The notes below the pieces were generated by a model. It was not told where the DNA came from. It ran no database searches and was given only the letters and a program-made list of their open reading frames with translations. The translations under genes and the position numbers were made by a program. This document shows, one piece after another, positions 58,188 to 64,000 of a DNA stretch of 64,000 nucleotides (positions are counted from its first letter, which is position 1; the number at the start of each line of letters is the position of its first letter). The DNA is from a bacterium. GTDB lineage: Bacteria; Patescibacteriota; UBA1384; CAILIB01. The stretch spans positions 66,039-130,038 of the forward strand of contig JBAXRQ010000001.1 of the NCBI GenBank assembly GCA_037131105.1. Direction: 5' to 3'.

Positions 58188-58293
58188 GACAGGCATTAGG
58201 TTTCTACTACCAGTATACTACATGGTCGGATGGGGGAGAACGTAGCGAAGGTAGTACACTGGGCCGCTCCTGAAATGTTCAAATGAGGGGGAA

Positions 58294-58423
58294 TGGATGG
58301 CCTTCGCTGGTGCGCGACGTGACAGATGAGTCACTCTGGCCATAGCCGATTCTCCCGGATCAGCGTCTAATTCCCGCCCCTGCCACCAAAAAGAGAACCA
58401 TCTAAAATAAATGGTTCTCTTTT
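58294..58423 (-). other. tRNA(CAT) downstream cassette (33-bp palindrome + motif B)
   Basis: Perfect arms 58369-58401 / 58411-58443, including 20 nt of the tRNA 3' end; motif B 58296-58367. Confidence 0.8.
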
Positions 58424-58498
58424 TGGTGGCAGGGGCGGGAATTGAACCCGCGACCAAGAGCTTATGAGTCTCCTGCTCTACCCCTGAGCTACCCTGCC
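58424..58498 (-). tRNA. tRNA with CAT anticodon (elongator Met more likely than Ile2)
   Basis: GGCAGGGTAGCTCAGGGGTAGAGCA-GGAGA-CTCATAA-GCTCT...GGTTCAATTCCCGCCCCTGCCACCA. Confidence 0.9.
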
Positions 58499-58609
58499 AT
58501 GCGAGACTACCATATCAGATTTACACCTGGTTCTCAAGGTTGAGCGTAGTCGCCTGGATAGTCTGCCGAGGTCATTCATTCTGGCTCTGCTTACTGCTAT
58601 ACTGGCTGT

Positions 58610-59803
58610 ATGCGTATTCTGTTAGCCACGGAGTCATTTCATCCGGTAGTCTCAGGCGTCTCGGTAGTCACCCAGCGATTGGGGGCTGCCTTGGCGGAGC
58701 GTGGTCACGAGGTTACCATCGTCGCTCCTTCGCTTGACCGTCGCTTCCGCCGGGAGACCCAGGATGGCTATACTGTTTACCGGCTACCTTCGCGCCGTCA
58801 TCCCTTCAAGAAAGGGGCTCGCTTCGCCCCGTTCAGCTACCGCTACGTGAAGCGGGTGCTTGATGTGACGCAGCCCCAGGTGGTACACATCCAGGAGCCA
58901 GCTACCCTCTGTAGGCCGGTGGCCCGCCAGGCTTTCCGCCGGGGTATTCCAGTGATCGCCACTCAGCATTTTCTATTTGAGTTCCTGATGACCTTTCTGC
59001 CGCTACTCAAGAGCTGGCATCCGCTCATCCAGACCGTTACCGAGCGCAATATCCTTTCCTTTTACAAATGCTGCGATGTGGTGACAGTGCCGAGCCAAAC
59101 GTTGAAGCGTTACCTTGAGGAACGGGATATTACCGTACCAGTAGTGGTCATAAGTAATGGCGTGGACACTACCCGGTTCGCCCCCCGTCAGCGGTCTACT
59201 GCCCTTTTACGTAAATACCGCCTCCCCAACGACAGGCCCCTGCTGGGCTATGTGGGACGTCTGGACCCTGAGAAAAATCTAGAGGTATTTCTAGAGGCGT
59301 TGGCTCTGGTCAAGGATGAGTATGATTTTCAGGCCGTAATGGTCGGAAGCGGCCAGGCCAGTCGCCATCTGCAGGCCAGGTCGCGTCAGATGGGGCTTTC
59401 ACCGATGATTCGCTGGATCCGGCCGGTAGCCAACAAAGACAAAGCCTTGCCCCAGATCTTCAATCTTATGGATGTGTTTTGTATTCCCTCAGTGATCGAG
59501 ACTGAGTCTTTGGTGACTATGGAAGCTATGTCCAGCGGTCTGCCGGTCCTGGCCGCTAACGAAGGGGCGCTGCCTGAGCTGGTTACCTCAGGGAAGAACG
59601 GCTACCTGGTGTCTGAGGATACCGCCGAGTCCTGGGCAACTTCTCTTCGTCGTATGCTTTCCAACCAGGAGGCTTTCAAGGCGATGGGCGAGGATAGCCG
59701 CAAGCGTATTGCCAAGCGAGACGTAGTGGATAGTGTCATCCAGTTTGAAGAGCTATACGCCAAGGTGGCATCAGGGGCTGATCACAAGGCTGAGGTCACC
59801 TAA
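58610..59803 (+). CDS. GT4 glycosyltransferase (resembles diacylglycerol glucosyltransferases)
   Basis: ESFHPVVSGV, ISNGVD, VGRLDPEKN, ETESLVTMEAMSSGLPV. Confidence 0.9.
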   Translation: MRILLATESFHPVVSGVSVVTQRLGAALAERGHEVTIVAPSLDRRFRRETQDGYTVYRLPSRRHPFKKGARFAPFSYRYVKRVLDVTQPQVVHIQEPATLCRPVARQAFRRGIPVIATQHFLFEFLMTFLPLLKSWHPLIQTVTERNILSFYKCCDVVTVPSQTLKRYLEERDITVPVVVISNGVDTTRFAPRQRSTALLRKYRLPNDRPLLGYVGRLDPEKNLEVFLEALALVKDEYDFQAVMVGSGQASRHLQARSRQMGLSPMIRWIRPVANKDKALPQIFNLMDVFCIPSVIETESLVTMEAMSSGLPVLAANEGALPELVTSGKNGYLVSEDTAESWATSLRRMLSNQEAFKAMGEDSRKRIAKRDVVDSVIQFEELYAKVASGADHKAEVT

Positions 59804-60301
59804 GTTCTGTAGAAGATTGCGGTCGCCCTGGGTCAGGCGGCTTTTTTGCTGCGTTGTTATGAGGGTGGAGCCTGCCTGAAGCGGTGTAATAGTAAGAGCC
59901 ACCAACGGGGAGACCTGGGCAAGGGTGGCAGCACTGGCCAGACTGCAGCTTACCTGGATTGACCCAAGTACCGGGTCAATCTTTTGGGTGAGTTGACTGG
60001 AGCAGATAGTTCCAGCCGATGTGACGTTGTCGATGTGCAGTATGGCGGGATCGTAGGAAAGTAAGGCGCTGGCCTGTTCAATGCGGCCGCCACCATTGTC
60101 GATGAGTAGACTGATAGAGGTCGCAGTACCTACCCGGATGCCTGCGGGACCTTTGCGGAGAAGAAGGCGGGCGCTACCGGCACGAACCGAGGGATCAAAG
60201 GAGAGGGATCGCTTGGCAACCAGGTTCTGCTCGACAGCATACGACCCGTATACACTTACGACTGCCACCATGATCAGGGTGATAAGAGCGGTTCCTTTCA
60301 T
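59771..60301 (-). CDS. Cohesin-like domain protein
   Basis: N-terminal TM; 'LSYDPAIL.I..V', Cys pair, 'G.IQVSC'. Confidence 0.7.
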   Translation of the reverse strand: MKGTALITLIMVAVVSVYGSYAVEQNLVAKRSLSFDPSVRAGSARLLLRKGPAGIRVGTATSISLLIDNGGGRIEQASALLSYDPAILHIDNVTSAGTICSSQLTQKIDPVLGSIQVSCSLASAATLAQVSPLVALTITPLQAGSTLITTQQKSRLTQGDRNLLQNLGDLSLVISP

Positions 60302-61335
60302 CGGAGGCAGTTACGGGAAAGGGAAAGAGGGACCGTAGTAAGTAGGGAGACCGGGGCTTCTCCGCCCAGGGTGGCAATGGTTTTCCCAATGAGTACTTGA
60401 GAGCTTCCGGCGGCTATGACTGGCTGCCTGAAGTCGGTGCCAAGGTGTTCCTGCACATATCCTATGGTGTCGGCGGAGCCTAGCAGTACTCCATCAGTGG
60501 TAACCGGTGCATGCAGGGCCAGTATTCCCCGGTTATCTGCGAGAGCCAAGTTCCTGTTTCCAGGTGATAGTGATGAAAGATACTCGCTATCTATACGGCG
60601 GCCTATCAGCAGCCAGCCGGCCGGGCTCCCGTCTCCACTCACTATAGTGTGGCCGGCCACGAGAAACAGTCCAGTGTCACGGATACGGGCCAGCCCTGAA
60701 AAGGTATCCTGGACTTCTAAGCCGGGGAGCCAGGCCATATAATCGGCCAGGCTACCGTTCCAACTCTGTGCATTCGGAGTCGCTGCCACTATGATCCCCT
60801 TTGCATCGGTAATGATGGACAGTTGGAGCTGGTTAGTGCGGGCCGTACTCGTCATCCAGCTGGGTGTTGGAAGGAGGACTGTGGGATCCTGGGCCAGTCG
60901 GGCGACTACTGAGCTCAGGGCATCCCTATTGGCGCCGATGGCTTCAACGGTTGCGGTGAGGGTTGTGGAGGCGCGGTCTGTCTCTATCTCTTGGCAGTAG
61001 CGACCGGCCAGAATGGTTCCAGTAGGTATCGTAACAAGGATGAGTGCACAGAGCAGTAGCCAAACAACGGGAAGGCGAGAGGAGCGCAACAACAACAGAG
61101 CTAGACAACAGCCGGCAATGCCACCAAGACCGGCCATCCAGCCCCAGGAGGTCTCCCATACCAGCAGGGGAATGATCAAACCCGCCATCACGAGGACTCC
61201 GCTTATCACCGATCTCCAAAGGGGTCGCCAGGCCTGCACCGGTGTCATTATCACAAAGACCAGAGCAGCAAAAAGCAGGGAGCTGGTACCGGTCACCAGG
61301 TAGAAAATGGCCAGGTGAAGCTGGTATGCGGTCAT
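60298..61335 (-). CDS. Membrane protein with Cache-like domain
   Basis: Four TMs followed by 'IITDAKGIIVAA...GWLLIGRRIDSEYL'; no output domain. Confidence 0.6.
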   Translation of the reverse strand: MTAYQLHLAIFYLVTGTSSLLFAALVFVIMTPVQAWRPLWRSVISGVLVMAGLIIPLLVWETSWGWMAGLGGIAGCCLALLLLRSSRLPVVWLLLCALILVTIPTGTILAGRYCQEIETDRASTTLTATVEAIGANRDALSSVVARLAQDPTVLLPTPSWMTSTARTNQLQLSIITDAKGIIVAATPNAQSWNGSLADYMAWLPGLEVQDTFSGLARIRDTGLFLVAGHTIVSGDGSPAGWLLIGRRIDSEYLSSLSPGNRNLALADNRGILALHAPVTTDGVLLGSADTIGYVQEHLGTDFRQPVIAAGSSQVLIGKTIATLGGEAPVSLLTTVPLSLSRNCLR

Positions 61336-61350
61336 TGCTGGCGTGGAGGA

Positions 61351-62499
61351 CTAATTGGTGAACTTGATCGAAGTGATCATGCGGGCGAGGCGCTGGCCAT
61401 CATCGGTGGTGGGAGGCTCTTCCTTGATCCAAAAGGCATAGACGGTGTCAGCATGCTGGACGAAATATTGGTATCCCGAAAGGGGATTATGGGAAGTAGG
61501 CTGTGCCAACCAGGCTGGCTGACCCATGAAGGTGCTTTGGTTGAGGGAATAATCGCTGGTCGGTGCATAGGTATTAGTGTTGCTGGCCATCCAGTCATCC
61601 AGCTTTGTGTGGGCCGGTACTACGGTCCGGGTTACCTTCAGGAGGTAGCCACTCTTACGTAGAAACCAGAGATTACTTCCCCCGGTGGTGTGTACCATGT
61701 TTGAGGTATTTTTGGGGTATTCCATGGTAATACCGAAGTCACTGTCAGTGGTGGTGGACCAGACGGTGCTGGCATAGGCCAGATCGGCAAATGACTCGGA
61801 GAAACTTTCGGCAATATCAGCTCCTGGAGAGGCGTTGATACTTGGGTCGGTACTGGCTCCGGCTACTTTGCCGGTTGCGGAGGGCTGCTTGGGTATGGTG
61901 CTGCCGGTCTTAAGTACGTTCCAGGTGAAGCCTCCCACGGCTACCACGATGGTCAGGCCGACAAGACGTACTACCAATCTACGGACAGGTACGGGACGTC
62001 GAGGGGACCGCTCCTTTTTTTCCTTCTTTACTCTCTTTTCAATGGGAGGCAGCTTGAGCTGGGTGACTACCGGTACCACGGGCTCCGGTTGCAATTCAGG
62101 AATGACGACTACAGGAGTCGGGGTCTCGATAGTTGCTTGGGGGGTTACCGGACGAGGCCTGATGTCTCGCAGGTGGAGTACTCCTGTGGGTCCTCCATGT
62201 ATGAATACCTCACGCACCTGGCGCTGGTAGTCGGTAAGGCGCTCTTCTAGCTGGCTGAGCTGGCTGTTTTTCTCCTGGTTTTCAGCATGGAGAGAAGTGA
62301 CTGCCTCGCGCAGCCTTTTCATTTCATCGGCAAGTCGTGAGCCCTCATCTTGTACTACGGGTTCATGAAGGCCGCCCTCTTCAACCTGGCGCTTGAGTAG
62401 GTCAAGCTCCTGGGAGGTCTGTCGAACAAGCTCGAGCTGTCGCTGTTGAAGGCGGCTGATCTGTTCGCTCAACGAATAACGGGGATCGCTGGTATCCAT
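61351..62499 (-). CDS. Coiled-coil / TM / PsbP-like extracellular domain protein
   Basis: Cytoplasmic coiled coil, TM, 'GKVAGAST', 'FGITMEYPK', C-terminal 'MITSIKF'. Confidence 0.7.
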   Translation of the reverse strand: MDTSDPRYSLSEQISRLQQRQLELVRQTSQELDLLKRQVEEGGLHEPVVQDEGSRLADEMKRLREAVTSLHAENQEKNSQLSQLEERLTDYQRQVREVFIHGGPTGVLHLRDIRPRPVTPQATIETPTPVVVIPELQPEPVVPVVTQLKLPPIEKRVKKEKKERSPRRPVPVRRLVVRLVGLTIVVAVGGFTWNVLKTGSTIPKQPSATGKVAGASTDPSINASPGADIAESFSESFADLAYASTVWSTTTDSDFGITMEYPKNTSNMVHTTGGSNLWFLRKSGYLLKVTRTVVPAHTKLDDWMASNTNTYAPTSDYSLNQSTFMGQPAWLAQPTSHNPLSGYQYFVQHADTVYAFWIKEEPPTTDDGQRLARMITSIKFTN

Positions 62500-62546
62500 G
62501 TCTCCATGATACCATGCGGGTTCTTCCACTCTCAACCAATGAGTTC

Positions 62547-63734
62547 TTACTTCTTTTCTGCGTCAGGTGCGGCTTCCGCGGCTTTGGTAGGCTCGGCGGC
62601 AGGCTTGCCCTTTTCCTTGTCAGATTCTACAGGTTTGTTGAAGTCGGGTTTGAGTTGGCGGAGAATGTTCTCCTTGGCCTTCTGGAACTCCTCACGGTAC
62701 TGCTCACGGCCCTTGGCGCCCTTCTCAGCCAATAGGTCTAGCTTTCCTTCAAGTGAGGCTAGTTCGCCTAGCTCCATCTCGAAGAGACGGTCCAGGGTCC
62801 GCTTGCGCCGGCGCTCGAGAAGGTATAGCCGATAGGTAAAGAAGACAATAGCAAGGGTGAGGCTCAGTACCGGTATCATGCCGATCATAAGGGCGGCAAG
62901 GCCGGTGGTATCTTTCTTCATGGAGCCAAGCTGTCCAAATGAGGAGAATACGTCACGAAGGGCTTGGATCACCGATCGTTTCTGGGAGGTGCTGGCAGCG
63001 TTGTCTTTTGAGGAGGCAGCCGTCGCAGCTGGGGTAGCAGTTGCCTTGGGGAGGTTTTGTACCGGCGCGGCGGTAGGGGCTACGGTGGGAGCAGGGGTGG
63101 TCTCTACCTTAGGCGTCTCGGCTGCCTTGGGGGCCTGGCTAACGACGGGAGTAGGTGTGGCCTTAGCAGGGGTGGGCGTGGCCTTTGTAGTGGTACTGCC
63201 GGCAGCAGGAGTGGCCGTAGCGGCAGGAGGAGGCGTCGCGGCAGCCGTTACGGTAATGCTGCGCCCGCTGCAGCCACCGGTGATGTCTGTACCGTGTCCG
63301 TCGTTAGCTAGTACCTGGCAGCCGCTCAATCCGAACGTGCCGCTTCCGGCAGCAATGGCCTTGAGGGTAATAGTGCCCACCAGTCCGGAGCCGGTCAGTC
63401 CGGCTGGGGCGCCGCAGGTGGCCGTGGCTGAGCCGCCGCTTGGGTTAGGTGTGGTAATGGGTAGGGTACAGACTGAGCCTGAGAAGCTACCGCTCGCACC
63501 GCTGAAGAGACCACTGTTATAGCTGAGTGTGGCGTCGAAGGAGTTGGCGCTGACGCCGCCAGTATTCACATTGATGCTTACCGTCACCGTGTCGCCGACA
63601 GCAACGCTGCTGGGGGCCGAGACTGACATGCTGGCCGCCGCCTCAGCCGTAGGAATGACGCCAGCTACCAGCGCTCCGAAGGCGAAGACCAGTGATAGGC
63701 TGAGGAAGAGAATTCTTTTGAGTATGGTGCGCAT
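62547..63734 (-). CDS. Cohesin-like surface protein with Ala/Thr/Pro stalk, TM and cytoplasmic tail
   Basis: Signal peptide, 'VGDTVTVSI...LSYN', VLANDGHGT, ATPTP repeats. Confidence 0.8.
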   Translation of the reverse strand: MRTILKRILFLSLSLVFAFGALVAGVIPTAEAAASMSVSAPSSVAVGDTVTVSINVNTGGVSANSFDATLSYNSGLFSGASGSFSGSVCTLPITTPNPSGGSATATCGAPAGLTGSGLVGTITLKAIAAGSGTFGLSGCQVLANDGHGTDITGGCSGRSITVTAAATPPPAATATPAAGSTTTKATPTPAKATPTPVVSQAPKAAETPKVETTPAPTVAPTAAPVQNLPKATATPAATAASSKDNAASTSQKRSVIQALRDVFSSFGQLGSMKKDTTGLAALMIGMIPVLSLTLAIVFFTYRLYLLERRRKRTLDRLFEMELGELASLEGKLDLLAEKGAKGREQYREEFQKAKENILRQLKPDFNKPVESDKEKGKPAAEPTKAAEAAPDAEKK

Positions 63735-64000
63735 CAGAGCGATTGTCGAATGAGAAGGTCTTGCTTGGGTAGGGTTCCTTTGTAAAGCTGAGTGCCCTTG
63801 CCGTCATTGGCGAGTATCTGGGCGGTATCGTTCTGAAGGCTGAACGAGGTTGACCCTACGTTGTGACTGGTGATGTTTATCAGCAGTATTGACGAATCGC
63901 CGGTAAAGCCTGGCGAAGGGGCGCCGCAGGAGATACGTATCTCCCCCTTTATGTTATCAAAGGCGTTGCCAGTATAAAAGGAGCAGAAGGAAGCTGCTGT
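63734..64000 (-). CDS. 3' end of a further cohesin-like protein (truncated by the window edge)
   Basis: Manual translation ...FCSFY...GEIRISCGAPSPGF...QILANDGKGT...RQSL*; TGATG overlap with the next gene. Confidence 0.75.
   Translation of the reverse strand, partial: TAASFCSFYTGNAFDNIKGEIRISCGAPSPGFTGDSSILLINITSHNVGSTSFSLQNDTAQILANDGKGTQLYKGTLPKQDLLIRQSL

Noticed and set aside
58296-58367. Theta/HDV-like ribozyme for motif B, suggested by tRNA adjacency
   Set aside because: I could not build the nested double pseudoknot by eye, and the module is not directly at the tRNA 3' end. A descriptor search is needed to exclude it formally.
1-64000. CRISPR array, rRNA, integrase, transposase or reverse transcriptase
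   Set aside because: No regularly spaced repeat-spacer series and no such protein motifs among the ORFs.
1-64000. Alternative genetic code (TGA recoding)
   Set aside because: Conserved genes are intact under code 11 and several end in TGA with ATGA/TGATG overlaps.

Overview
Gene-dense chromosomal window from a small-genome bacterium, very probably Patescibacteria/CPR. The evidence is tandem VirB2/TrbC-like pilins, cohesin-like surface proteins, a DUF4012-like protein, split ComEC and truncated pyk/dnaJ; TGA is used as stop. It carries housekeeping genes (pyk, galU, murI, lepB, uppP, ruvC, grpE-dnaK-dnaJ, lepA, murJ, ftsH), competence genes and six tRNA genes. No CRISPR array, rRNA, integrase or transposase was seen. 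The most striking unexplained structure is at the tRNA genes. All six are followed by a cassette made of a long hairpin, an antisense copy of that tRNA's own 3' part, and one or two modules from three shared structured-motif families with compensatory changes; four cassettes close with a direct copy of the tRNA T-loop/3' end. Two tRNAs also have a duplicated 5' end upstream. Other notable items: a compact fatty-acid-to-phospholipid cluster (AMP-ligase/ACP/acyltransferase fusion, AcpS, CdsA-like, CDP-alcohol transferase) that is unexpected in CPR; an 8/4-type tRNA-Ser(UGA); a tRNA-Arg(GCG); an atypical initiator tRNA; and a recurring leaderless-promoter signature. Family assignments come from motif recognition by eye, not from database searches.
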